From an uncultured Dehalococcoidales bacterium (GTDB taxonomy: Bacteria; Chloroflexota; Dehalococcoidia; GIF9; UBA5629), in the NCBI GenBank assembly GCA_964400675.1, contig CAYNVO010000001.1:139919-203918 (forward strand): a stretch of 64,000 nucleotides of DNA, written 5' to 3'. Of the stretch, positions 8,688 to 18,437 are shown piece by piece. The translations under genes and the position numbers were made by a program. How positions within the stretch are numbered: the first letter of the stretch is position 1; the number at the start of each line of letters is the position of its first letter. The notes below the pieces were generated by a model. That model saw nothing but the letters and a program-made list of their open reading frames with translations. It did no database searches and was not told the origin of the DNA.

Positions 8688-10007
8688 GTGCCTGGGCCTA
8701 AAGTAGAGCCTTGGGAACAGCCGGTTGATGACCCGATTGTCATGTATCTCCACGAGATCGGCAAAGTCTCGCTTCTCACCGTAAACGATGAGAAGGTATT
8801 AGCCGGCAAATTAGAAGAAGCCAAGTATCTGGCAAAGATTGAAGGTCTTAGTCCTGAGCAACATGGCAGATATTCCCAAGCGGTTAGCACGACAATCTAT
8901 CTGCTTCGTCACTTACTTGCAGCCCGGCCCATGGTTGATATTCTTGTCAAGCGCTTTGAAATTGCCACGACAGATAGCCTCATCCAGACAATTCGCAATC
9001 CCAAACTGCGGGCGGCTATCAACGGTGTAATCGACCCGGAACTGGTGAAAGCTATTACCGAAGCCAATGGCAAAAGTATCTCAGAGGTTGGGCTAAGCTT
9101 GATATACCTTTCGATAGATAACCGGCTTTTGCCTTCGGAACTACTGGAGAGCATGGTAGACGGAACCTCCTGGAGCCAGATGGAGTCTTGGGTGGCCGAG
9201 CCCGTTAATCTTGAATTCCTTTCCCAGCTTCGTGCTAAGAGCCAGCAGCTTAAAGCCCACTTCAGTGAGGTTAAAAGAACGGCAAGTGAGGCAAAGAAAC
9301 AGCTTATTGAAGCAAATTTGCGCCTGGTTGTGAGTGTCGCCAAGAAATATACCAGACACGGAATACCATTTCTGGACCTTATTCAGGAAGGAAACATTGG
9401 CTTATTCCGGGCTGTGGACAAATTCCAATACAGGAAAGGTTATAAATTCAGCACTTACGCTCATTGGTGGATTAGACAAAGTATTACCCGCTCTATAGCT
9501 GATCAATCCCGTACTATTCGTATCCCAGTGCACATGGTAGAAATTATCAATAAGTTATATAAGACCATTCGTAGCCTGGTTCAAGAGTATGGGCGTGAAC
9601 CAAGCTGCGAGGAAATTGGCAGAGCCATGGACATCCCTTCAGAAAAAGTAAGGGAGGTCTTGAAATTATCTAGAATGCCGTTGTCTTTAGAGGCTCCTGT
9701 TGGCGAAGAGGGAGACAGCGAGCTCGGTGATTTTGTTGAAGATCGAACTACCCTGCCGCCAGCCGAGGCTGCCTCACGAGAATTACTTAAGGCGCAACTA
9801 ATCAAGGTACTTTCTGAACTCAGTGACCGGGAGAGAAGGGTTTTATTGCTCAGGTTTGGTTTAGAGGATGATAGACCCCGAACTTTAGAGGAGGTGGGGA
9901 AGGAGTTCAATCTGACCCGGGAGCGAATCCGCCAGATCGAGGCCAAGGCATTGCGCAAGTTGCGCCATCCCAGCCGCAGCCGGAAACTCAAAGACTACCT
10001 GGAGTAA
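8688..10007 (+). CDS. rpoD: RNA polymerase primary sigma factor (sigma-70 / RpoD family)
   Basis: Region 1.2 [17 protein letters not shown], region 2 ...[34 protein letters not shown], and a region 4 HTH. The ORF starts with GTG at 8688 (see the finding on the upstream in-frame acidic segment). Confidence 0.9.
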   Translation: MPGPKVEPWEQPVDDPIVMYLHEIGKVSLLTVNDEKVLAGKLEEAKYLAKIEGLSPEQHGRYSQAVSTTIYLLRHLLAARPMVDILVKRFEIATTDSLIQTIRNPKLRAAINGVIDPELVKAITEANGKSISEVGLSLIYLSIDNRLLPSELLESMVDGTSWSQMESWVAEPVNLEFLSQLRAKSQQLKAHFSEVKRTASEAKKQLIEANLRLVVSVAKKYTRHGIPFLDLIQEGNIGLFRAVDKFQYRKGYKFSTYAHWWIRQSITRSIADQSRTIRIPVHMVEIINKLYKTIRSLVQEYGREPSCEEIGRAMDIPSEKVREVLKLSRMPLSLEAPVGEEGDSELGDFVEDRTTLPPAEAASRELLKAQLIKVLSELSDRERRVLLLRFGLEDDRPRTLEEVGKEFNLTRERIRQIEAKALRKLRHPSRSRKLKDYLE

Positions 10008-10225
10008 GCTCACAGGGCACTGCGGGCACAAGGAAAAATCAGAAGAAGTCACTAGGGCTATTCTGGATCTGTTGAGCATCTAAAAGCGCCATGTGAGAGT
10101 AAACATTTAGCCAGAGTGTTTAAAGCAGCGTCCGCATACACTCTAATCTAAGAGAGGACTTGACAAGCCGCATTGCAGCGAAATAAAACTGCCTCCACGA
10201 AAATCTCTTTATAACGATGATCTTC

Positions 10226-12100
10226 TTAGCCCCCCATTTCAGGCACACAGTTGTTCTTAAGCTCCTCTTCTAAATAGTTTGCCTCTTTGTAAACTCGTTC
10301 TACATCGTCTAACCTGAATCGTTCTTGGGGTATCTGTTCATAAATACTTTTCACACTGTCAGCCAGTTCCTTCGCTTCACCAATTAGCCCCTTTGTCATC
10401 TTTCTGTTGCATCCTCTGCGGGCAAGTATAGCCAATCCCAAATTACATTGAGCAATGCGAACTTTGCTTTGGGCAATCATCCTCGGATCGCGCAAGCGCT
10501 CTCTAATTCCCATCGCCTCGTGGTAGGTCTTAAGGGCGCTGCTAAATTCCTCTTCCGCTTTAACAAAGTTCTCTAAGCTCATGAGTTCCTCGGCTAGGAA
10601 TTGGTGCACAAACGCCATGTTGTGCAAAGTCTGACCATAATGAGCCGGTTCACTAGTTTGTCTGAATTGCTCAGCATATTTCCCCAGTTCCTTGATCAAC
10701 CAGCTTCTCCAGCCTGGAGGAGCGAAATCATCTACGTGGCTGCCCATAATATTTTTTGTAGCTCTTGTTGCGTTCATGAATTCCTGAAAAAGAGTGTAAG
10801 CCAGCTCTGGATCGTCGATCAAGGTTCGGAGTCTTGCTGATTCACCAAGAACTACTTTAGCCTTTACATGGTCACCAGCATTTTGCAATATAATACCGTA
10901 TTCATGGAGTGCCCAACCAAGAAGCTTTTGCAACCTCTTTCGAAGGTCCCTGTCTCTTGTCTGTGCTAATGTAGTTTCAATATCGTCTACTACTTTATAG
11001 GACTCTTGCGGTGAGCCCGTTGCAATTGTGCGCCTTATATAGGCCAAGCGTGCCTGGACCTCTAAGTTCATAATTACGTCAGAAGACTCACTCAAAAAAC
11101 GTTCGTAAGCATCCTTGGCTGGCTCGTGCCTGATGTCGCCCTCATAAACTTGGTAGATACGCAGATAGTCAAGAATACGAGCCCAGAGTAGCCTCACCTC
11201 CTTCTTGGATTGGTGCCATAAATCAATCCCCCAGCTTTTCAATTTCGCCTCCCACCAGTCTTTTGGATTACTTGGGCATTGTGTTTGCCAAATATCAAGT
11301 TCTGGATCTGATTCACCTTTGTTAACCTTCTGGTAAACTTTCTGGAAAAACTCATCAACGTCAACTTTGATGGACATATAATGTTTGTCATCTAGTCGTT
11401 TTTTGACATCCCGATCAATGTCACTTCGTACAAGCCATATAACGTTTCGAGGATTTGCTTCCTCGAATAGGACTGGGATAATATCAAACTCATCTGCACC
11501 ACGGTATCCTGCAACTACCACGATTCGGTTTTTCAACATGTCCACGGCTTTCTGCCTCAAATTAGCTTCCAGCGGGGCAAAGATTTGATTAATGGTAAAA
11601 CGTGCGTGTGTGATGTCAATTAAGGTTCCATGCAGCTTTAAGAGCAAGTCTCTATATGGCTCTTTTGAAGATATTCCAAGATTACTACGGTACTTCCAGC
11701 CAGCTGCTTCCTCGATGAGTTCATCATAATTCGTCGTTAGAACAACGTTCCTAAACTCCTTCATCACCCATGCGAGGAATTTATGGGTGGTGCTATAGGA
11801 ATTAGTAGCCATACAAATTTTGATTGCCTTCGTCGCGTTATCGAGCCCTATAACCTGCACCATCTGATAAAGAATAACCTCATTAAAGAGTAAACCCATA
11901 TGAGGCTTTACGTATTGCACCTCATCTTCGCCTTCTTCTCCGGCTATCGCCTCGAGAAGCGACAAAACGAGGTCTGACCATAATGGAACCCAAGATTGCC
12001 GTTCGGCACTAATTCCCGCTCCCACTAGAAACGCTACTTGGCCATCTTGCACTGCCTTGGTCACTTCTGAGACAATTGACTGTTCGTTTTTCACAGACAC
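10226..12100 (-). CDS. SIR2-like (SIR2_2/DSR-type) NADase-domain protein with a roughly 390-aa uncharacterised alpha-helical C-terminal domain
   Basis: 624 aa. The N-terminal 230 aa carry VAFLVGAGISAE...VVLTTNYDELIEEA...LLKLHGTL...RIVVVAGYRGADEFDI, i.e. the GAGxS, N-D and K-x-HG catalytic pattern of defence-associated SIR2 domains (ThsA/DSR-like). The C-terminal domain is Trp-rich and helical with no motif I recognise. Confidence 0.75.
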   Translation of the reverse strand: MSVKNEQSIVSEVTKAVQDGQVAFLVGAGISAERQSWVPLWSDLVLSLLEAIAGEEGEDEVQYVKPHMGLLFNEVILYQMVQVIGLDNATKAIKICMATNSYSTTHKFLAWVMKEFRNVVLTTNYDELIEEAAGWKYRSNLGISSKEPYRDLLLKLHGTLIDITHARFTINQIFAPLEANLRQKAVDMLKNRIVVVAGYRGADEFDIIPVLFEEANPRNVIWLVRSDIDRDVKKRLDDKHYMSIKVDVDEFFQKVYQKVNKGESDPELDIWQTQCPSNPKDWWEAKLKSWGIDLWHQSKKEVRLLWARILDYLRIYQVYEGDIRHEPAKDAYERFLSESSDVIMNLEVQARLAYIRRTIATGSPQESYKVVDDIETTLAQTRDRDLRKRLQKLLGWALHEYGIILQNAGDHVKAKVVLGESARLRTLIDDPELAYTLFQEFMNATRATKNIMGSHVDDFAPPGWRSWLIKELGKYAEQFRQTSEPAHYGQTLHNMAFVHQFLAEELMSLENFVKAEEEFSSALKTYHEAMGIRERLRDPRMIAQSKVRIAQCNLGLAILARRGCNRKMTKGLIGEAKELADSVKSIYEQIPQERFRLDDVERVYKEANYLEEELKNNCVPEMGG

Positions 12101-12226
12101 AATTCTACTGCTGAGACTAGGCTGAACACAACATCGGAAAGTGTACCCGACACCTGATCAAGTTCTGACTCAGGCTTCTTTGGGCGGTATTAGCGGTGGA
12201 GAGGGTAAAAAAGAAGGTTCGCTAAG

Positions 12227-12367
12227 CTAACTCTTGCCGATGCGGAACATCTTGGTGCCGCAGACCGGGCAGACACCCTGGGTTGCGGGTTTACCACTCT
12301 TCATCTTTACGCTTTTGGCGTCCTTCATTTCTCTCTTGGTGCGGCACTTCATACAGTAGGCTTGCAT
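12227..12367 (-). CDS. small CxxC...CxxC zinc-ribbon protein (46 aa), co-oriented 127 bp upstream of the SIR2 gene
   Basis: Reverse translation MQAYCMKCRTKREMKDAKSVKMKSGKPATQGVCPVCGTKMFRIGKS. Strong RBS GGGGAGGAACGAA before the ATG at 12367. Too short for the ORF track. Confidence 0.55.
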   Translation of the reverse strand: MQAYCMKCRTKREMKDAKSVKMKSGKPATQGVCPVCGTKMFRIGKS

Positions 12368-12483
12368 TTCGTTCCTCCCCTTCTGTCGATTTAGCGGGCA
12401 GAATACCAGAGAATGGCTGAAACGTCAACGACCACTTTATGCTCTCGGTTGTGGAGATTAAGTTTCTTCGATGTACCACACTG

Positions 12484-12507
12484 GGGTCACCCCGGGGAGT
12501 TTTTTAT
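12484..12507 (+). terminator. GC hairpin ggggtcaccccgggg followed by tttttta; intrinsic-terminator-like, plus-strand orientation
   Basis: Palindrome and T-tract read directly. There is no annotated plus-strand gene upstream, so it may terminate an unannotated transcript. Confidence 0.35.
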
Positions 12508-13003
12508 GTTTATTAGCGCCAGGATGCTTGTACAATGCCTGCAGAGGTACGTTCATAGATAGAATTTATAGTTTTTATAGTATAGATAGATTGTATTTAT
12601 CTTGGAGACCAGCAAGCGTTTCAGATCTCCAGTATCATAGGATAAAGCCCGCTCGATGACTTCGGTGGACAAAAGACACCGCTCTGGTTTTTATGGCGGC
12701 AGGTAGTGCAGAAAGATTAGGCAGTCCACAGGCAAAGCACGGGCAGTTAATTCGCCCTGAGAGGGGTGACCCCCTTCGGGAGAGCTATATAGGACATCTC
12801 TAAAAAGCTGCCTGCCAAGCTAGAGATGGCAGGAAACCGCCTAGCTAACTGACTAGTATCTGGCAGATCCACGCCATAAACTGCCTAGCTAAAAGGCAGC
12901 TAGTTGGCAGCTAACTGCCAAAAATTGCCTAAATCTGGCAGCTGACCTGCCACCAACAGGCAGGAATGACCCCTTGCAATTTTCCCTTACTATACAGAGG
13001 GAA

Positions 13004-13255
13004 GTTCGGAGTTCGTAGCTGGAGGTTCGTAGCTGGCCACCGAACTCACAACTCGCCAGCTACGAACTAGCTACGAACTTTAAGGAAATTAGTAACTTTT
13101 TGTATTTGGGTTTCTTACGCTGGCCACCGAACTTCCGGCTCATCAGCTACGAACTAGCTACGAACTTTAGGTGAAATTAAACACTTTTTGTATTTGGGTT
13201 TCTTAGTGGGACACCGAACTCCTGGACCACCAGCTACGAACTAGCTACGAACTAT
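13004..13255. repeat. complex repeat block: an inverted copy (agttcgtagctgg x2) at 13004-13036, then about 2.5 tandem copies of an 87-89-bp unit, each carrying cagctacgaactagctacgaact and ctttttgtatttgggtttctta
   Basis: Units start at 13033, 13120 and 13208. The 11-bp core AGCTACGAACT is itself doubled within each unit. Confidence 0.85.
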
Positions 13256-13625
13256 GAAAGCAACAAGGCAGTGGAGAGGAAAGGGTAACTCATTGCTGCG
13301 CTCCTTGCACTAGCGGTGCTTTGTTGCTAAAATCCAAGACTGGAGGGCTAAGTGGCAAGGCGGAAAGCCAGGGCAAAAGTTCTTCTTTCCGTCCAGTAAG
13401 CCCCACCGTGCTAGATTCGAACCATAGCGGTGACCAGCTTAACCACGACGCGGATTGCACAAGCCATCGTTTTGTGCAGGAGATAGAAGCTACTGAGCTG
13501 ATAGCGTGCCTGAGGCTTCACGCCACTCATCCTCTAATATTCTTTTGTTGCTCTTGCCCTAGATAGTCAATTACACTATATTAGCTATTTCATAAAGGGA
13601 TTTTTGCCGGGAAGGAGTTATTGAT

Positions 13626-14285
13626 ATGGATGTAATCGAAGCCATAAGCAAGCGTAAGAGCATAAGGGGATATAAGCCTGAGCCAGTTCCGATGGAAATA
13701 CTGAAAAAAGTCCTGGAGACTGCTGCGCATTCGCCGTCGGCGATGAACACACAGCCGTGGGAGGTCACTGTCGTCAGCGGCGAAACGCTTGATAAGGTGA
13801 GAAGCGCCAATATCGAGATGCTGAAGTCTGGAGCGGAAATCTGGCGCAGTTTTTCTTTTCAGGGCGCTTACAGGCAACGCCAGGTGGACCTGGCGGTTCA
13901 AATCTTTAAGCTCATGGGGATAGCCAGAGAGGACAGGGAGAAAAGAACACAATGGCTGGAAAGAGGCTTCCGCTTTTTCGATGCCCCGGCAGCTATAATT
14001 TTGTCGGTAGATAGCTCGGCACCGGAATCGCTGGCGTTGCTTGATATAGGGGCATTTTGCCAGAGCATCTGCCTGGCTGCACCGGAGTATGGCCTCGGCA
14101 CCTGCATTGAAGACCAGGGGACGGCGTTCCCGGAGGTGCTTAGAAGGTTCATGGGTATACCTGAGTCAAAGCAGATAGTGATAAGCATCGCCATCGGCTA
14201 TCCGGACTGGGATTTCCCGGCGAACAAGCTGGAGACCGACCGTGAGCATATCGATAGTTTCACAACCTGGTGCGGCTTCGATTGA
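13626..14285 (+). CDS. nitroreductase-family protein (FMN-dependent)
   Basis: 219 aa; KRKSIRGYKPEPVPMEILKKVLETAAHSPSAMNTQPWEVTVV is the nitroreductase fold signature. Confidence 0.85.
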   Translation: MDVIEAISKRKSIRGYKPEPVPMEILKKVLETAAHSPSAMNTQPWEVTVVSGETLDKVRSANIEMLKSGAEIWRSFSFQGAYRQRQVDLAVQIFKLMGIAREDREKRTQWLERGFRFFDAPAAIILSVDSSAPESLALLDIGAFCQSICLAAPEYGLGTCIEDQGTAFPEVLRRFMGIPESKQIVISIAIGYPDWDFPANKLETDREHIDSFTTWCGFD

Positions 14286-14318
14286 TAGGTGAAAATGTCG
14301 AGGTCTCAACATAACATC

Positions 14319-14897
14319 TTAGGGCGATGCCTCTTCGGCATAGACTATCTGGTTCTTATTAACAGCTACGAAGACAGCCGATTGTCGAATACCCGATTCT
14401 AGGACGATATCCACGTTTGTCATGGGTAGGAACGTGTCCTTTGTGTTTAGCAGGTCTGACAATCGCTGCCCTTTAGCACGGTGCATCTGTCCACTTAGCG
14501 TATAAGGTGGTATGTAGAACCTGGCGATGAGAAGGAATTTCTCTCTCGTTAGAGGTAGCTCATAACCTGTCTCTGCATCGGGCTCTTCCTGTGGCTCACT
14601 CTCACTTACGAAGAGGATGTTCGACTTGTTAATTAAGGTAAACTGAGTTGTCGTTTCCGTGCCATCCAGGGCGTGTCTGGTAGCTTCGGTGACAGGCAAA
14701 AAGTCGGCACCAAGGCGAAATGACCTCATCACTATGCTGTTGAGCAGGTCCAAAAGGCGTTGCCCCTGCAAGCAATGAGTATATCCGCTGAGCATGCAAG
14801 TGGGAGTGTACACACATACCTGCAATTGTTCCTTGGAAATGTGTCTCTCCGGACTACCGAATAGTAGCCCTGAATCCGATTCAGGTGATGTTGCCAT
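14319..14897 (-). CDS. hypothetical protein with an internally duplicated roughly 90-aa domain
   Basis: 192 aa; the two halves share Y.P....LSG..H...GQRL.DLLN...FLP.T. Confidence 0.45.
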   Translation of the reverse strand: MATSPESDSGLLFGSPERHISKEQLQVCVYTPTCMLSGYTHCLQGQRLLDLLNSIVMRSFRLGADFLPVTEATRHALDGTETTTQFTLINKSNILFVSESEPQEEPDAETGYELPLTREKFLLIARFYIPPYTLSGQMHRAKGQRLSDLLNTKDTFLPMTNVDIVLESGIRQSAVFVAVNKNQIVYAEEASP

Positions 14898-15147
14898 TTC
14901 CCACCTCTCTCACTATGGGCTTCCCGCTATCTAAATGGCCATTTACAGACCGGTAGCTTAACGGCTCCCATCTACATTGATACTTAAGTCTTTATTAGTG
15001 TATTTTTACCTGATAATACCGAAACTGTCAAGTGCCCGGATGGCGACGGGTTAAAGCCTTGCGGCTAATGCGTTCAGGGCACCCCTTTTGTGCTACAATT
15101 GTGCGGCGGCATGATAATTTGTGACATCTATTTCTAAGGAGGTAAAT

Positions 15148-15945
15148 ATGTCCCGGGATAATGTAATGTATGAGAAAAAAGACGGTGTCGGTATTATTAC
15201 CCTGAACCGACCGGAAAAGCTGAATGCCATAACGCACGCTATGCTGAGAAAATTAGTAGAGCTTATAGAAGAGATTAAGAAAGATGATGAAGTAAGGGTT
15301 ATGATTTTAACAGGAACGGGCAGGACTTTTTCGGCTGGCACGGATATATCAGGCGATGTGCCCGTAATGTCACAGCTAGAAATTGAGGTTATGAAGCAAA
15401 AGAATTCCACTGAATACCGACAGTCGATGTGGTATTTTAACAGCATACCGAAACCGACTATATGCGCTATCAATGGCGCCGCAGTAGGCATCGCCTCCGA
15501 GTTTGCCCTTCATTGCGATATCAGAATCGCTGCCGAGAGCGCCAGGTTCGGGCAGGTGTTTGTGTTAAGAGGCATGACTCCGGATACCGGCGCCGGGACC
15601 TATCTGCTGCCGAGAATAGTGGGACTTTCCAAGGCTTGCGAGCTGGTATTTTCCGGGGAGATTATAGATGCGCAGGAGATGCTGAGAATAGGGCTGGTAA
15701 GCCAGGTTGTTCCCGATGACCAGCTAATGCCGGCAGCCATGGCAATGGCAAAGAAGATGCAGCGAGGCGCGCCTCTGGCGGTGCAGATGACGAAGCAGCT
15801 CATGTACATGGGGCTGGAGCGTAGCATGGAAGCGCATTGGGAGGCGACACGCTATGCCTTCCAGCTTAGCTGCAAGACCGAGGATTTCACTGAAGGCATC
15901 AAGTCGTTCTTTGAGAAAAGAGAACCCCGCTGGAAAGGCAAGTAA
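15148..15945 (+). CDS. enoyl-CoA hydratase/isomerase (crotonase) family protein
   Basis: RBS aaggaggtaaatATG. VGIITLNRPEKLNAI...FSAGTDIS...AINGAAVGIASEFALHCDIRIAAE. Confidence 0.85.
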   Translation: MSRDNVMYEKKDGVGIITLNRPEKLNAITHAMLRKLVELIEEIKKDDEVRVMILTGTGRTFSAGTDISGDVPVMSQLEIEVMKQKNSTEYRQSMWYFNSIPKPTICAINGAAVGIASEFALHCDIRIAAESARFGQVFVLRGMTPDTGAGTYLLPRIVGLSKACELVFSGEIIDAQEMLRIGLVSQVVPDDQLMPAAMAMAKKMQRGAPLAVQMTKQLMYMGLERSMEAHWEATRYAFQLSCKTEDFTEGIKSFFEKREPRWKGK

Positions 15946-16062
15946 AAGGGGTCAAACTCCCAATACCAGTCGGCTTGCCTCGCATGTGAGTTGCTATTCT
16001 TAATCGGCATGCCTTTGCCGAATCTATCTGCTATAATGTAGCTTCTAAAGGGGAGACCTTTA

Positions 16063-17325
16063 TTGTATAAAGCGCCTCGAGGTACTGCGGATATTTTACC
16101 TGAAGAGCAGGGCTACTGGAGATTTGTTGAGAACAGTGCCCTTGCTCTTTGTCGGCTTTATGGATACCAGCGCCTCGATACCCCGGCTTTTGAGGACTGG
16201 CAGCTTTTTACCAGGAGCATAGGCGAAGGCACCGATATCGTTACCAAGGAGATGTATACCTTCGAGGACAGGAGCGGCAATATACTGGCACTCAGACCTG
16301 AAGGCACGGCACCGGTGTGCCGGGCTTATCTTGAGCATGGCATGGACAATTTGTCTCAGCCGGTGAAGCTGTATTACCTGTCTGCCATTTTCAGATATGA
16401 GCGGCCGCAGGCGGGGCGGTACCGGCAGCACTACCAGTTCGGCTTTGAGGCTATAGGTGATGCCGAACCGGCTCTGGATGCTGAGGTTATCGAGATGGCA
16501 TGGCGGTTTTTTGAGTCGCTGGGGCTGGGCGGTCTTTACCTGTATCTCAATAGCATCGGGTGCAAGCTATGCCGGCCTGCGTACCTGGAGAGCCTGAAGA
16601 GTTATTATTCCGCTCATCTGGGAGGCTTGTGTTCTGATTGTAAAGCCAGATTTGACAAGAACCCGTTGCGCCTGCTCGATTGTAAGAAACCTGCCTGCTA
16701 TGATGTGGCAGAGGCGGCGCCGAAAAGCACCGAATACCTGTGCCCTGAGTGTAAGGCGCATTTTGAAGCCGTTGTTGAATACCTGAGGGCAGTGAAACTT
16801 CCCTTCGACGTAAATCACAGGCTGGTGCGCGGTCTGGACTACTACACAAAGACTGTTTTTGAAATTCAGCCGCCCGGGGAGGGAGCTCAGATTGCACTTG
16901 GCGGTGGCGGGCGCTATGACGACCTTATCGAAGAGCTAGGCGGTAAGCCTACGCCGGCTATCGGCTTTGCTGCCGGCATGGAGCGCGTTGTGCTTAACCT
17001 CAAGGGTCAGAAAATCGCTGTGCCGGATTTGCCGGCGCCGCCGGTTTTTGTTGCCCATCTCGGCGATGAAGCCAAGCTTGAGGCGGTAAAACTTACCTCC
17101 ACGCTGCGTAAAGACGGCGTTGTTGCCATAATGGCTTCTGGCGACAGAAGTTTAAAAGGTCAATTGAGGCAGGCTAACAGCCTTGGCAGCAAATATGTGG
17201 TGATTATGGGCGAGGATGAGGTCAAAAGCGGCACGGTGACTTTGCGGGATATGATGAGTGGGGAGCAAAAGACCGTATCACCGGTGGAGCTCGGGGAGTT
17301 GCTCGCAAGAGTTACAAAGGAGTGA
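16063..17325 (+). CDS. hisS: histidine--tRNA ligase
   Basis: 420 aa; TTG start. RGTADILPEE...ALRPEGTAPVCRAY...FRYERPQAGRYRQHYQFG are class II HisRS motifs. Confidence 0.9.
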   Translation: MYKAPRGTADILPEEQGYWRFVENSALALCRLYGYQRLDTPAFEDWQLFTRSIGEGTDIVTKEMYTFEDRSGNILALRPEGTAPVCRAYLEHGMDNLSQPVKLYYLSAIFRYERPQAGRYRQHYQFGFEAIGDAEPALDAEVIEMAWRFFESLGLGGLYLYLNSIGCKLCRPAYLESLKSYYSAHLGGLCSDCKARFDKNPLRLLDCKKPACYDVAEAAPKSTEYLCPECKAHFEAVVEYLRAVKLPFDVNHRLVRGLDYYTKTVFEIQPPGEGAQIALGGGGRYDDLIEELGGKPTPAIGFAAGMERVVLNLKGQKIAVPDLPAPPVFVAHLGDEAKLEAVKLTSTLRKDGVVAIMASGDRSLKGQLRQANSLGSKYVVIMGEDEVKSGTVTLRDMMSGEQKTVSPVELGELLARVTKE

Positions 17326-17338
17326 TTTTCCCTCCATT

Positions 17339-17469
17339 GTCATTCTGAGGGAGCGAAACGACCGAAGAATCTCAGGTGTGGGACACCGTGAGATTGCAAT
17401 GTGGAGTTTACAATGAGTGGAGATTCTTCGCTGCGCTCAGAATGACACGAGATGAAGAGCTCGCAATGA
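17339..17469. repeat. REP/MITE-like palindromic element, copy A (arms gtcattctgagggagcgaaacgaccgaagaatctc / gagattcttcgctgcgctcagaatgac, plus gctcgcaatgac half-site)
   Basis: Inverted repeat read directly; immediately 3' of hisS. Confidence 0.8.
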
Positions 17470-17502
17470 CTTAAGAATGAATGGATAGCCAGGAGGCAAG
17501 CA

Positions 17503-18270
17503 ATGGATGAAGTAATTATATCTAAGGCGATAGTGGAAAGCTATTTGAAAGACCTGCTCGGGTTTCTGGAGATGGATGTGGCGGTGGTAGGGGCTGGGCC
17601 GTCAGGCATGGTTGCCGGCTACTATCTGGCGAAGAGTGGTGTTAAGGTGGCTATATTTGAAAAGAAACTGAGCGTTGGCGGCGGCATGTGGGGTGGCGGC
17701 ATGATGTTTAACCGCATCGTGGTTCAGAGCGAGGGGAAGGAGATTCTGGATGAGCTGGGTATCTCCGCTGAGGAGTATCAAGATGGATATTACATAGCTG
17801 ATGCTGTAGAAGCAGTGTCAACCCTTTGTTCCCGGGCGATAAAGGCCGGGTCTAAGATATTCAATTTGCTCGGCGTTGAGGATGTTATGATTCGTGAGGG
17901 TGACAGAGTAACTGGCCTGGTATTAAACTGGAGCGCTGTGTCTCTGGCGAACCTGCATGTTGACCCGCTGGCTATAAGAGCTAAGCTGGTAATAGATGCC
18001 ACAGGTCATGATGCCGAGGTTTGCCGCATAGTGGCTAGAAAAACTGGAGCCGGGGTAGAAGTTATCGGTGAGAAGTCGATGTGGGCTGAAGTTGGCGAAA
18101 AGGAAATCGTGGCAAACACCAAACAGGTTTGCCCCGGTCTACTGGTTACCGGCATGGCAGCCAACGCTGTCTTCGGTGCGCCTCGTATGGGACCTATATT
18201 TGGCGGCATGATTCTTTCAGGCAGGAAGGTTGCTGAACTGGCTATAAATTTGCTGAAGCGAAATAAATAG
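17503..18270 (+). CDS. thi4: thiazole biosynthesis enzyme, Thi4 family
   Basis: 255 aa; [44 protein letters not shown] is the Thi4 FAD/NAD-binding signature. Confidence 0.85.
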   Translation: MDEVIISKAIVESYLKDLLGFLEMDVAVVGAGPSGMVAGYYLAKSGVKVAIFEKKLSVGGGMWGGGMMFNRIVVQSEGKEILDELGISAEEYQDGYYIADAVEAVSTLCSRAIKAGSKIFNLLGVEDVMIREGDRVTGLVLNWSAVSLANLHVDPLAIRAKLVIDATGHDAEVCRIVARKTGAGVEVIGEKSMWAEVGEKEIVANTKQVCPGLLVTGMAANAVFGAPRMGPIFGGMILSGRKVAELAINLLKRNK

Positions 18271-18286
18271 CGGGTCGAATTTTTAT

Positions 18287-18404
18287 GTCATTGCAGGGGC
18301 GAGATTGACACTTGGAGTTTATCCTGAGCCAGATCCTTCGGTCGTCCTTCCCATTTGGGAAGGACTCTCTCAGGATGACAGAGGCGAAGGACTCGCAATG
18401 ACAG
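18287..18404. repeat. REP/MITE-like palindromic element, copy B (variant: outer gtcattgcaggggcgag / ctcgcaatgacag; inner atcctgag...ctcaggat)
   Basis: Nested inverted repeats, immediately 3' of thi4. Confidence 0.75.
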
Positions 18405-18437
18405 ATTGGATTTCAAGTTTTGAAGAGGTGAGGTGAT

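Noticed and set aside
8515-8706. ORF 8515..8706 (+) upstream of rpoD
   Set aside because: It is in a different frame from rpoD and encodes a low-complexity peptide with no motifs. The in-frame acidic segment is discussed in the findings instead.
13033-13255. Possible CRISPR array (tandem 87-89-bp repeats; also the 22-bp array at 44340-44480)
   Set aside because: There is no regular repeat-spacer periodicity with unique spacers. The units are near-identical throughout or degenerate copies of a REP half-site. No cas genes are present in the window.
13321-13566. ORF 13321..13566 and a tRNA-like T-arm motif (gattcgaacc) near 13410
   Set aside because: The ORF has no RBS and odd composition. The T-arm-like motif lacks a matching acceptor and anticodon arm, so it is not a complete tRNA. 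It may be a tRNA fragment or integration scar; mentioned in the findings only.
17326-17502. TPP riboswitch upstream of thi4
   Set aside because: The interval is occupied by a REP-like palindrome (copy A). I could not find the conserved CUGAGA/ACCUGAUCUGGAUAAUGCCAGCG-type TPP core, so the call is left open for an Infernal scan.
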